DNA of 63,646 nucleotides, the filler included, from Octopus bimaculoides (Eukaryota), in NCBI RefSeq assembly GCF_001194135.2. It is 4 parts of 4 records of this genome, joined end to end, with 100 filler letters (N's around TTAATTAATTAA, not from the genome) between each part and the next. Parts side by side here need not be neighbours in the genome. Positions count along the whole stretch, not along the records: positions 1 to 29,607 come from NC_068986.1; 3 more parts are not named here. One strand, 5' to 3'. The notes under the pieces are model-generated. The model saw only the letters and a list, made by a program, of their open reading frames with translations. It did not search any database and had not been told where the DNA came from. Shown here in pieces: positions 1 to 12,253 of this stretch. Positions within the stretch are counted from its first letter, which is position 1; every line of letters begins with the position of its first letter. Made by a program: the position numbers and the translations under genes.

Positions 1-352
1 TGACTACTGACCGAGACCTTTGGAAATGTGCTGTGCGTGAGAAGACCCTGCAAGCCAAGTAAGATCGTTGCCAGTGCCCCTGGACTGGCTCTTGTGCGGG
101 TGGCACATAAGATGCACCATTTTGAGCGTGGCCGTTGCCAGTATCGCCTGACTGGCCTTCGTGCAGGTGACATGTAAAAGCACCTACTACACTCTCTGAG
201 TGGTTGGCGTTAGGAAGGGCATCCAGCTGTAGAAACTCTGCCAAATTAGATTGGAGTCTGGTGTTGCCATCCGGTTTCACCAGTCCTCAGTCAAATCGTC
301 CAACCCATGCTAGCATGGAAAGCGGACGTTAAACGATGATGATGATGATGAT
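1..352 (+). mobile_element. RTE-clade LINE 3' end (ORF C-terminus, 3' UTR with internal subrepeats, (GAT)n tail)
   Basis: Starts with codons ..TTDRDLWKCAVREKTLQAK*. The UTR that follows recurs at 3400-3620, 11040, 13805 and 62630, and ends in gatgatgat. Confidence 0.8.
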
Positions 353-361
353 GATATATAA

Positions 362-780
362 ATCATCATTGTCCCTTCTCTTCTTCAAATTGAGTGTCAA
401 CTGCAGGGGTATCCTCTTTGTACCCACTTCACAATATCTAAAATCTTCTAACACCTGTAATGCATTGTGACCATTGTCCAGCCAAGCAGCAATCTCCCGG
501 ATTGTGACTTCTCTATCCACATGAACCACTTTGTCCACACAATGGTGATTCATGTCCTTAGTCACAGTTGATGGCCTCTTGTTGCATGGTTTCTTCTTAA
601 TATTGGTTGCCTCTTTTTTCATCTCCTTCGTCCATCTGTGTACACTGCTCTTATTGGAGGTGATCTCTCTGTAAACAACTTGTCTTTTGGAGATGTCAAA
701 CCCTGTGCCCTTTACCATCAAAAAGTCACTGGCATCACAATTATTGAGCTTAGAACCCATTGTTTCCCTACAAGGAAGAA
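362..780 (-). mobile_element. mariner-type transposase N-terminal relic
   Basis: ORF 329..760 reads VHRWTKEMK..RPSTV..VDKVVHVDREVTIREIA..LEDFRYCEVGTKRIPLQLT, a mariner HTH region ending at a WVP-like motif. Decayed. Confidence 0.7.
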
Positions 781-984
781 CAAGAAGAAGAAGAGTTACT
801 ATAGAAAAAGAATTACTTGACCATCATCTGCAATTTGAATGAAACATGTCAGTCAATAAAAAGTTCCGACCATTTTTGCATTGTTTTTTATACAACCCTT
901 GTTTACACTTTTCCAATTTTATCTTCCATCTGTTACTCTCTTCAGTTATTGGGCTGTGGCAATGCTGGGGGACTGCTTGAAGGG

Positions 985-1320
985 TTTAGTCAGAGGAATA
1001 TTTTTTTCACGTCTGGCCTTACAGCCCTTGTTTATTTTCACTGTTTCATTTTCTTGTCATGTTTTCTGTTCGTCACTATATTCCTCGGCGTTACATATTT
1101 AATTTGTTTCCGTGGGAAGAGCTATTCTAACAATGCGTCCTGCCCTAACTCTTCGAAACACTTAGTTTTAGAATGGTGCTAGCTGATGAAGAAAATGTTC
1201 TCTATGTGGCCTGTGTGTTTTCTGTGCTCTGTTTATGTTCTGTTATTCATTTTGCCCACATTGTCTTGTGACGTCCTGTACCCGGATATGCATCTATATA
1301 TACATGTAGATGTAAGTATG
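985..1320. repeat. interspersed repeat, second copy at about 40945-41150
   Basis: Shared blocks gctgatgaag...tgtttatgttc...tgacgtcctgta(c/t)ccggatatgcatctata in both places. Confidence 0.6.
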
Positions 1321-1526
1321 TACATACATGTATGTATATATGCATATACTCACATATTATTTGTATTATGTATATATATATGTATATATATATATGTATC
1401 TATATTTATATTTATATATTTATATGTATATATGACAAGCTTCTTTTGAGTTCTATCCACCAAACCCACCCACAAATCTTTGGTTGGCAACCATTCATAT
1501 CTCTATGTATACTTCCTTATCTGCTC

Positions 1527-1558
<32 letters not shown>

Positions 1559-1849
1559 TGATATGTTCACACACACACACTTCGACTGTTCACATTTCTT
1601 TACACATTCCATTAGCTGTATACACACCTCTTTGGCCACTCACATGTCTTTCAACTTCCAGCTGTCACTCACACTCTTTTCTCCACCTGAACAACAAAGC
1701 ATAGATGTCAGTACATTCACATTGCACCATCTTTTCCTTTTGCATATTTTAAACTTTAACTATTGGTCGGTGTCCTAGTTTTTCTTGTTGCTTTTAATAA
1801 ATGCCTCTCTCTCTCTCTCACTGGGATAGGCCATATCAATAATATATGT

Positions 1850-2195
1850 TAGATGTTCTTTGACGTTTAACATAGATAGCATCCCAGTAGATGTAGTATG
1901 ATTACAGTATTTGAAATTTCATCTGTTTTTAACTTATACTCTAGCATGGTCTCCCTGCCCCCTCTGTATTTTGGGGCAGACTGTCCATATTTGATATTGT
2001 CTTTCCCATACTTCAAAATAGACCCTTCCTGTATTTTATATTGTCTCTTCTATGCATCGGTGTGGTCTATTACATGCCAATGTAGCCCTTCTTAATCTCA
2101 AGTTTGGTCCCTATACTCCTGTGTAGTCGCTCTTATTCTCATAATTGGCCCCATTTATACTCCTTTGACCATAACCCTTCTTATTACAACAGTGT
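1850..2195 (-). mobile_element. possible highly decayed Penelope-like GIY-YIG endonuclease relic
   Basis: Minus-strand translation contains KGYIGM**TTPMHRR, with stops and frameshifts. Weak similarity only. Confidence 0.3.
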
Positions 2196-2347
2196 GGTCT
2201 CTCCCAAACTCTAAATATGACCACCTGGGGGTGACTTTTTGGGGGGAGACAAAAGTGTGTTTTATATGGCATCATATTTGGTAATCATTCCTCTACATCA
2301 GTCTGTTACCAAGGCATTTAACATAGTCATTCCTCTCTCTATGTATA

Positions 2348-2962
2348 TGAGGTCCGATTAATAAGTATCCGGACTGTTGCCATAGTAACGAAGCTAAATC
2401 ACTCAAAGTGAAACCACTTGGTACAGATTGACCTTGACCTCTGCTGTGCACATGCACTAAGTTTTAATGTTCTAGCTCACTTCCACTGTTTACAGCAGTG
2501 CTTGGAAGGAAGGTGTGTAATGTGTGATTGTTTCATTGACCATGACAGAGAAAGTTGTCATGGCGATAACTTCTTAGAGGCCTACACAAAGCTGCAGAAA
2601 GTGTTTGGAGAGGAGTGTATGAGCTGCACACAAGTGTATGAGTGGTTTAGACGTATCTAAGATGGCTGAAGAAATGTCAATAGTGATGAACGTTTGGGGA
2701 GGCCCACAACCAGCAGAACTGAGAAAAACATTGCAAATGTGCATGCAGCTGTGAGAGGAAATCATTGAATCAGCATCCGTGAGTTATCAGAGGAGGTGCA
2801 GATTAGTTACGGTTCAGTTCAGTCCATTATCACTGAAGATTTGGGGTATGAGATGCATGTCTACCAAGTTTGTGTCAAAACTGCTTTCAGCTGACCATAA
2901 AGACTCTCGGATTTCAGTTGCACAAGATCTCCTTGATTGTGTCGAGAACAATGAAGACTTTC
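2348..2962 (+). mobile_element. mariner element 5' part (TIR-like start plus transposase N-terminus), pseudogenised
   Basis: TA followed by tgaggtccgattaataagtatccggact (mariner-like terminus). Frames give ..VFGEECMSCTQVYEWFRR..GRPTTSRTEKNIANV..IRELSEEVQISYGSVQSIITEDLG..KFVSKLL. Confidence 0.8.
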
Positions 2963-2965
2963 TAC

Positions 2966-3620
2966 AGGGTAGTGAGACATGGCCCTGAATGCAGAGGACA
3001 TGCAAAGGTTAGAAAGCAATGAAGATAGTATGCTCTGCTGAATGTGTAATGTAAGTGTACATGTTTGACAGAGTGCTAGTGTTTTGAAAGAGAAGTTAGG
3101 CATAAGAGGAATTGGTTGCTGTGTGCCAGAGAGAAGATTGTGCTGGTTTGGTCATGTGATGGTCATGTGGTGTGGATGGATGTTGACAGCTCCATAAAGA
3201 AGTGCTGATCTCTCAAGATAGAAGGAACATGTGAAAGTGGGAGACCCAGGATGAGATGGGATGAAATACTGAAGAGCAACCTCAGGATGCTGAACCTTTC
3301 AGGCGAGATGACAAAGGATTGAGATGCCTGACATCTTGCTGTACTCAGGGAGATTCTTACTCTGTGGCAGAAGTATCAAGCCTGGTCCCTCTGGCAGTGA
3401 AAAGCACTTGTGGCAATGCCACATAAAAGTGCCTGTGTGATGCCACATAAATACACCTGTGAAATCACCCAGCACACTCTGTAAAGTGGTTGGCATTAGG
3501 AAGGGCATCCAGCCATAGAAACCATGCCAAATCAGACTGGAGTCTGATGTAACTCCCCAGCTTGCCAGTTCTGGTCAAACCGTCCAACCCATGCCAGCAT
3601 GTCAAAGGATGTTAAATGAT
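2966..3620 (+). mobile_element. RTE LINE 3' fragment (post-RT domain plus 3' UTR)
   Basis: Translates to GSETW..NAEDMQRLE...EKLGIRGIGCCV.ERRL.WFGHV...GRPRMRWDE, then runs into the shared UTR and gat tail. Confidence 0.85.
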
Positions 3621-4307
3621 GATACATATATATATATGTGTGTGTTTTCCTTCCTTTTTCTCACCCCACCTCTCTCACATTTCTTGGCTCTCCCTTTCTT
3701 TAACTCCCACTATTTCCCACTTGTTTATCTCCCTTGTACCTTTCTCTTTGTCTCTGATTTTTTTTTCTAATCCTCCAATCCCGCTGTCCCCTACACATTT
3801 CTCCTCTTTCCACGTGACCGGTGCCTGGCCAGCCATGATCTTTCTTTCTTGGCCTGACTGCTGACCGTCAACACGTCTTATGTCCATCTCCCATGTTCCT
3901 ACCTCTAGGCTTTTACTTCATACACGTCAGCTCAATTTGAATCGTTCTCAGCCGAAGCACGCCGGTTGTTATTTCTTGTTATTGTATTCATAATTCTGTA
4001 CCATGTTCTCCGTTTTTTTTGTTTGTTTGTTTTCTTTTTCATCTTTGTTGCCGTACACATTCGCTAACTTTCTTACAAAGGGGTCTAATGCTCTTATCTT
4101 AGACTTTTTTGGGGCAACCAGATCGAACCATCTCAAGTGTAACTGCCCGAAATGGTTGTAACTTCTGGTACTTCACTGATGAAAGAAAGCCAAGAAGGAC
4201 CCGTCTTTGTTTGCTTGTCTTTCTAATTGTTGTTTCTCTTGTCCGTCTTTGTGTCGGATATCTGCCCGATCGATTTAATGCCCTCTTATGTGTTTTTGTT
4301 CCATTTA

Positions 4308-4381
<74 letters not shown>

Positions 4382-4701
4382 CACACACACACATACATTA
4401 GTTTTAATCTAAATGGCATATAAAATATGAGAGACATTTGTATAAAATCTTGTATAAATATATAAACTGAAGTTACACTTCTTAAGATGTGAAATGCGTA
4501 ACAAAAATCTTTAAAAATCTGCCAGTGAAAGCTAAGAGATCTATGTGGCTCTCTTTTCTTTTCTAATTTGTTTGATGACAATAACATGTAGAACAGCAAT
4601 AACGACAGCTACAATAACAATAAAGGTAATAAACAGGAGGACATAGAGTTAATTGTAGGTGGGCATGAAAGGAGTGGCGTGACAGAAAAGTCACTGAAGT
4701 A

Positions 4702-5410
4702 CAGGGGTTGGACAAAATAATGGAAACACCTAGAAATTTCAAACAAATTTATTTTAATATGGGGTAGGACTACCTTTGGCTGTAATTACGGCTGGAATTC
4801 TACGAGGTATGGACTCGTACAAAATTTGAATTGTTTCCAAACGAACTTTTGTCCATTCTTCAGCTAAAACAGTCTCCAGTTCTTGTAGTGATGATAGTGG
4901 AGGATATCGACTCCTTATTTGTTTTTCTAAAATGCACCATAAATATTGAGATGTGGGGACTGTGGTGGCCAGATAAGATGTTCAACTTCACTAGAATGTT
5001 CCTCGTGCCATTCAGTAACAACTTTAGCTGTGTGAATTGGTGCATTATCATCCTGAAAGATTGCGTTTCCCTCACAAGGGAGGTTTTTCCCTCTTTCTCA
5101 AAGGCTGTCATTACTTTCGAGACAGTACTTCTTGATGCACCAAACGTTTCGGCTGTTTTCTTTACGTTAGCGCCTGCCATACAAGCACCAACAATTTGAC
5201 CTCTTTGAAAGTCCGATAGATCTGTCATTTCAATGAATTTTAATTACCTTTTCATGATGATATCTGAAAATGAAACAGCAATTTTAGCAAAACATATTAA
5301 GCAACACTAATAATAAATCAAAAAAGCATAAAAGAAACAAGCTTTTGACAGTTTTATAGATATTTCAAAAGTATGATGCTAGGTATTTCCATTATTTTAT
5401 CCAACCCCTA
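4702..5410 (-). mobile_element. internally deleted Tc1-like transposon with both TIRs and TA target duplication
   Basis: TA|caggggttggacaaaataatggaaacacct ... aggtatttccattattttatccaaccccta|TA. ORF MTDLSDFQRGQIVGACMAGANVKKTAETFGASRSTVSKVM is fused to C-terminal remnants; the DDE core is missing. Confidence 0.9.
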
Positions 5411-5839
5411 TAAATGTGAACTACAACTTCTTGTCTCTCCTGATTGAGCAGGCCTGTGAGCAAAGATATTCTAACCATAAGTGTTCCAACTGTTTTTAAA
5501 TCTCTTCTCTTTCTTTCATGAGCCCTAAGACCTATAAAGCTTAACCTGGATTCTATAACCTGTTGGTGACACTCCTGAATGGAGCTTGTCCATTGCAGGA
5601 ATGTATATCTTGGACTACATTATCTAACAAGTCCTTCTTTGTTGTTGTTCAGTACCAGGTTTATCCTTATCCAGCAGACCTGTGATCAAAGGCTTTCCTG
5701 TCTTATTTCAAAATGTACATTATTTGATATATATACTGGCATACCTCAACTTATATCAGTAATTGGTTTCATGTGACACAAAAAATCATTTTAAAACATT
5801 TGTTGGCTTATATCTATTTTAATAAATGGTTTGTACATA

Positions 5840-6035
5840 CTCTCTTACCTGTTTCAGTCATTTGACTGCGGCCATGCTGGAGCACCACCTTTACTCACTC
5901 AACCCCAGGACTTATTCTTTGTAAACCCAATACTTATTCTATCGGTATCTTTTTGCCGAACTGCCAAGTTACAGGGACATACCAACATTGCTTTTCAAGT
6001 GATGTGGTGGGTTGACAAACACAAATACATACATA

Positions 6036-6071
<36 letters not shown>

Positions 6072-6078
6072 TATATAT

Positions 6079-6127
<49 letters not shown>

Positions 6128-6300
6128 TATATACATATATACGACGGGCTTCTTTCAGTTTCCGTCTACCAAATCCACTCACAAGGCTTTGGTCGGCCCA
6201 AGGCTATAGTAGAAGACACTTACCCAAGGTGCCACGCAATAGGACTGAACCCAGAACCATGTGGTTGGGAAGCAAGATCCTTACCACACAGCCCCCACTG
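5840..6300 (-). mobile_element. tRNA-derived SINE (family D) with central microsatellite
   Basis: A/B-box head at 6300-6140, a (TA)/(TATG) tract, then a conserved tail to 5840. Same layout at 35835-36200. Confidence 0.8.
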
Positions 6301-6844
6301 CCACTACTGGTTTTCACATTTTATTCAATTTCCCACTTTAGAATCAGCTTTTAGGTGTTTTAAAATTTTTTAAATGTTTGCTGAGACTGATGTAAAGTGA
6401 GATTAATCAAATCAAGTTGGGGTCCATGTTTTCCCTTTAATTTCCTATAAAGGGATCATAAAGTGGAAAAAAGATGTAACTTGAAATAACGGGAGTTGCA
6501 GTATGCCTGTACTCCATTTATTAAGGCAGCTGGGTGTTAGTATGCCGAATCTTTAGCTGCCATTTTCAGCAGGTTGACCACTCACATAGAGGCTCGCTTA
6601 CTGATTTGTCTATTTTCAGTTTGGTTGGGCACTTGGCACACATGCGTGAGCCCCACCTTCTTCTCATGTCTTATCACCACCCTCCCCTCTTGTGTGTTTG
6701 TTTCTTGTGTCTGGTGAGAGTAATGCTTGAATTAACCGAGAACTATTGTTAGTAAATTGCACAGTCATCTGCTTTGGTTCGAAACTTGTTTAAGTAGTGT
6801 CAAATCGTTGCAGTGTGTGTGTGTGTGTGTCTATAAAAAGATCA

Positions 6845-6990
6845 TTTAATGTGAAACTTCGATGCTCACATGGGTGGGATGATTTGACAGGATCTAACAA
6901 GTCAGGGCACTGTGTCATGTTCTAATGTCTGCTTTGGCCAGGTTTCTATGACTCGATGCCCTTCTTAACATCAACCACCTTACAGTGTAT
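6845..6990 (-). mobile_element. decayed RTE 3' UTR copy
   Basis: Matches the reverse complement of the shared UTR (gatgcccttcttaacatcaaccac). Confidence 0.6.
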
Positions 6991-7171
6991 GTCCTGTTTT
7001 GTTTTTTTTCTTAGTTTCAACAATAGTGAGGCATCACCGGGTAACTTGTATGTATATACTTAATGTGTGTGCTTGCATATGCATATACGTGGGTATATGC
7101 GGGTGTGTATGTGTGGATATATATATATATATATACATACACACACACACAGACACACACATGTATGCGTT

Positions 7172-7218
<47 letters not shown>

Positions 7219-7976
7219 NNNNNNNNNNNNNNNNNNNNNNNNNNNNNNNNNNNNNNNNNNNNNNNNNNNNNNNNNNNNNNNNNNNNNNNNNNNNNNNNNN
7301 NNNNNNNNNNNNNNNNNNCGATGATGATGATGATGATGATATATATATATATACATATATATATATATGTATACATAGATATTCATGTATATATGTGTAT
7401 ATGTATACATATATATTAGTAACATATTAAGACAGGTATCTAGGTAGGTAGTGTATGAGGTAGATAACTAGTGAGTGTGACAGAAAAATGGCTAAGTAGT
7501 GTGTGAGTGAAAGAGTGACTAGGTAAGAGAGAGTGAGACGGACTGAAGGAGTTCAACTTACTACTTGAGCTTATATCCACTCATTTCCCTTTTCTCCTTT
7601 TCTATTACATAATTAATTTTTCTCCTAATTACTCTTATTTCTACCAGTCAGCTCAATTCTATCTATATCTCTATGTAAACCAGTCCCCACCCCTCCCTCC
7701 CTCTCTCTGATGTGGTATGTTTGTATAATTTATTCCAACTAAAATTTTTAAAAAATCAAGTAAATTTTGTTAGGTACTAGGTTAGTATTGAAATGCCATT
7801 GTTCTATTTGAGATATAAAGTAGACCTTTAAAAAAAAAAATAAAGAGAAAAGAAACTTCAATTCAACTTCTCACTAGAAAATAAACCAAGTGGTTACTGC
7901 ACAGTTTTTTTTTTCTCTTATTTCTCTGTGGGCAGAAAAAAGTGACTAGTTTCAAGGCTTCTTAGACCTTCATCAG

Positions 7977-8040
7977 AGAAAGATGTCCAAAGAAAGATGT
8001 CCAAAGAAAGATGTCCAAAGAAAGATGTCCAAAGAAAGAT
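7977..8040. repeat. 14-bp tandem repeat (agaaagatgtccaa) x4.6
   Basis: Direct reading; head-to-tail with no spacers. Confidence 0.95.
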
Positions 8041-8586
8041 TGTCTTATTTATAGTGTATTCAAGCTTTGTACTGTATCTAATCGTGGGGTAACCATTGTA
8101 CATAGTTTCCCTAGTGAGCTTCAAATCATGTTTATTGACAATTATTTACTACGTTGCATGTTTCAGATTATGGTAAAGAAAATAAAAAATATAAAAAATA
8201 ACAAGCACTGTGTAGTGCTGTGTGAATTAACTTTGTTATATCTAACCACCAGCCACACCTATTTTGAATTACTTGAAACTTATTTCATTTAAACATGTGC
8301 GGAAATTGATTTTACTTGTTGTTGTTCTTGTCACTGCTGCTGTTGTGTGTCTTTGATTTGTTCATTTTTTAGTTTTCAGGGTTTTCCCTTCAATTGAGTG
8401 CTGACCTTTTTTGTTATGTAGGTTTCTTTGTTGACTCTTTCTGGTTCATACTAGCCAACAATAATTCTATTATGTATATATGTCTCTTCTATTTCTTAAT
8501 TATTATAAATCTTCCACTGTGAAGGGAGCTGGTTTCCAACAAAGATTCAAGGCTCCATCTTTCAGATGTAGTTAACACAGACAAAT

Positions 8587-8890
8587 TCACATTTGGAACT
8601 TGAGAAAAGTCTTGCATATTTTTACTGTTCCACTCATAGACTGCACTTGTAATGTACGAATCAGTTGGTCGATTTCTCTTTCTGAAAATCCCAGTTTATC
8701 CAGATTCTCCTTTAAGCATTTACTAACAAAACCTAGTGCTCCAATTATTATTGGTATGAATATGAATTCATAGTCTGGATAGAGAAGCTGGAAGTTTCGA
8801 AGCTGTTGTCCATAGATATCCTCTTTTCCTTTGATTTTCAAAGAGATATTTATATCTGCAGGGCAGCTGACCTCCATGATGGTACATACC
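8587..8890 (-). mobile_element. R4/Dong-like non-LTR retrotransposon C-terminus (restriction-like endonuclease tail)
   Basis: IMEVSCPADINISLKIKGKEDIY..IPIIIGALG..LIRTLQVQSMSGTVKICKTFLKFQM*, which fits the RLE C-terminal pattern. Confidence 0.75.
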
Positions 8891-8924
8891 TTTGCCAAAG
8901 CATGAATGAGGTTGTTATCATTTA

Positions 8925-9095
8925 ACATCTGTTTCCAATGCTGGCATGGGTTGGATGGCTTGAAAGAAGTTAGCAAACGAGAGGACTGTATTAGCTTCCT
9001 GTCTGTTTTGGCATGACTTTTATGGCTGGATGCCTTACCTAATGCCAACCATTTTACAGATTGGACTGGGTGCTTTTCATATGGCACCAGCACCA
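8925..9095 (-). mobile_element. RTE 3' UTR copy
   Basis: ctggatgccttacctaatgccaaccat and ctggcatgggttggatgg blocks. Confidence 0.7.
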
Positions 9096-9149
9096 GTGAA
9101 GTATGGTTTTTATCATTGGATGCCCTTCTTAATCTTATCTCTCTTTCTC

Positions 9150-9187
<38 letters not shown>

Positions 9188-11039
9188 TAGATAAGCGTTG
9201 TAGCATCCACTTTTCCATTATTGCATGGATAGGATAGAATTTGTTGAGGCAAATTTTCTATGGCTGGTCAATAACCCTTCATATAAATAAAATGTCTCTG
9301 TGTAGTCTTTTGAATTACCATGACTGAGAATAGAAACTGCACTGCATATGTAGCTTGCCAGGAGCTATTATTCATATTCTCTATTGGTTATTACAACAAC
9401 AACAGCAACAATTATAGTAATTGTTTCTAAATTAGGCACAAGGCCAGGGATTTCGAAGGGTTTATTCAATTAAATTGACTCTGGTACACACACAGAAACA
9501 CACACCTAATTTCTGCTGGCCCATTGTGGAACTTGTGCCCTCGAGACTTTTTTGGGGCCATCACAGGTGATTTGCTAATGCCTCCCACTGCTTTTCAATG
9601 TTTTCCTGCAGGAGTAATTGAGCTTAACTTCATTTCTAATGAGGCAGGCTTGAACCGTTTTGAGAATTAACTGTCATAACAACCCCTGACATAGTGCTGT
9701 GTCATGGACAGAACATGAACTGGTGACCATTTGTTGGTTGATTGCTATTCTATCCATTAAGTCAGCCATAGTCTTGGCCTACGAGATACCTACTAAATAT
9801 CATGGAAGACAACTGGCCAGAGTGTTGCACATTTGAATCAGACTTAGAATCAAATAGTTTGAAAGAGAGATGGTGTTGTTAGGCTAGTGTTGTATTGTTC
9901 TGTGCTGTGTTGTGGATGTGTCTGCATCAAATTAAGAAAAAGTGTTGTTAAGACAGTGTTGCAGTTGTGTTCTGTGTCATTGTAGATATCTCTGGACCGA
10001 GTAGGAGACACACTGTCGTTCAGGATGTTACACTATAGTCTTCTCAGATGTTGTAGATGTGTCTGGCTTGAGTGTGAGAAACATTGTTGTTAATATAATG
10101 GATGTTGTGCTACACACACACACACACTTTCTTACTCTCTCTCTTTCTTCCTGTCTCTCACTCAATCTAGCTTACACACACGCGCACACGCACACTCTCT
10201 TCTATCCAGCCCTCTGTCTTATCTGTCTGTACATTCTCTCCCACCCTTGCATCTCGATACCAGCCCCTCCCATCCCAGCCAACACTAGATGCTGCTGTAA
10301 TAAAAGGATTAACCTCTTTCTCATGTTGTTGTTCACCTTCAAGGTCTTCTGTATGTGTTTGTGTGTGTATGTAAATTTTATGTATGAATGTCATATTTAT
10401 GGACATGTGTATGTATATGCTCACATGTGTGTTTGTATAAATACATATGTATTGAGTGTATGTATATGTGTTTGTGTATGTATGTGTAGAGTAGTAAAAA
10501 ATATATTCTATGTGATGCAACCTTATCTAATATAGAACTCAATATGTTGGGTAGAGTGGACAGATTTACCTATTATATCACAAGTTGACAATCTACTCTG
10601 AGTTTAGCCCTTGGCTGTTCCTGACTACCATGAATCATCAACTGAATTAAATACTTTATTTCTTTTATCAATTTAATGGCGGAAAATACGAACAATGGTG
10701 GATACATAATGAGGCTGCAACCATTGAAAAATATTGCCTGCCCTTATCCATGCTTTTTAAAAAAAATTTATTTACATGTATATTCATTAATATTATTAAC
10801 TGTTAAGTCATTATTACTGTTAACAATCATTCATCATTCTTTTTATGAAATTTTAGCATCATCACCATCAGCGATAGTTATGAAATCATGAAATTATAAC
10901 AGTATCATTAATTATAATATCATGAATATCTTTTAAAAAGTGAAACCAGTAGATTCCATAAATATATTTCACTCACAAAATTTCACCATAGAGATTTCAT
11001 TGCTTTCCCATTTAACTAATAAGTAAAATCTTAGTGATG

Positions 11040-11225
11040 GCTGGTGCTGGTGACACGTGAAAGGCACCCAGTGCACTCTGACGAGTGGTTGGCATCAGGA
11101 AGGGCATCCACCTGTAGAAACAATGCCAAAGCAGACTTGAGCCTAATGCAGCTGTCTGGCTTATCAGCTCCAGTCAAACCGTCTTACCCATGCTAGCATG
11201 GATAATGGATGTTAATTGATGATGT
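11040..11225 (+). mobile_element. RTE 3' UTR copy
   Basis: gagtggttggcatcaggaagggcatcc...cccatgctagcatgga...gatgatg. Confidence 0.75.
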
Positions 11226-11636
11226 TATGCTTTTGGGAATATTCCACCAGTATTCCTTGAGTTGGTGCTTATGAATGTATTCCATAACAGGGATTTTCTA
11301 AGTTTATTTCAAGACAGTCTTTCTTGCAGATGGCATTGTAAATTGTTTTAGCAATAACATCGTGCCGCATAGGGAGGTAGTACCGTGACGACATTTTAGG
11401 ACTGCTGCTAACCACGTGTGTGTGTGTATGTATGTATGAATGTATGAATGAATGAATGAATGAATGAATGACCGACCACTACATTTATATTTTTTTCTCT
11501 CCTTGTTTCTTTCAGTTGAAGAGTGTAGGCTTGAAATGTCAAAGACTTTCTCTATTCCTGAGCGTTGCTATACTAATACATCCATTTGTTGCTTACACCA
11601 TCTGTCTTCGTCTGTTGTTTTTTTCGTAAATTCTCC

Positions 11637-11670
<34 letters not shown>

Positions 11671-11867
11671 ATATGGTGCATAAATATAATGCATGTTCAT
11701 TGCATATGAATTGCGTGTGTGTGTGTGTGTGTGTGTGTAAAAGTGTACTTCAGGTGTAAGTGTAGTCCTTAGCAATTATGTACCTGTGTATTGTATGTAG
11801 GTCAGTATTTAGCTGTCATACTGAGAAACAGAAGGGAAGAGCATAGGCGGTGGCAGTGTTTCAGTAT

Positions 11868-11949
11868 GGTGGTGGTAAAGGTGGTGGTGGTGGTAAAGGT
11901 GGTGGTGGTGGTAAAGGTGGTGGTGGTGGTAAAGGTGGTGGTGGTGGTA
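11868..11949. repeat. 15-bp G-rich minisatellite (ggtggtggtggtaaa)n running into an assembly gap
   Basis: About 5 copies visible before the N-run. Confidence 0.9.
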
Positions 11950-12195
11950 NNNNNNNNNNNNNNNNNNNNNNNNNNNNNNNNNNNNNNNNNNNNNNNNNNN
12001 NNNNNNNNNNNNNNNNNNNNNNNNNNNNNNNNNNNNNNNNNNNNNNNNNNNNNNNNNNNNNNNNNNNNNNNNNNNNNNNNNNNNNNNNNNNNNNNNNNNN
12101 NNNNNNNNNNNNNNNNNNNNNNNNNNNNNNNNNCTACACAGAATCCAGTGTATGAAAGCTTGTAGGAAGGTTGGCATGCATGTGCATGCTTGCGC

Positions 12196-12253
<58 letters not shown>

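Noticed and set aside
1147-1195. Permuted hammerhead-like order (GAAAC...CTGATGA) here, at about 4145-4185 and at about 40945-40985
   Set aside because: No closed stem I between the putative cleavage site and CTGA, and stem II is only about 3 bp.
7977-8040. CRISPR-like repeat array
   Set aside because: Contiguous units with no spacers, in a eukaryotic context.
8587-9252. 221-aa ORF as a gene
   Set aside because: Chimeric read-through of flank, (TA)n, an RTE UTR and the R4/Dong tail; only the last 100 or so residues are protein-derived.
11850-12155. Gly-rich ORF (GGGGK repeats)
   Set aside because: Translation of a minisatellite plus N-gap.
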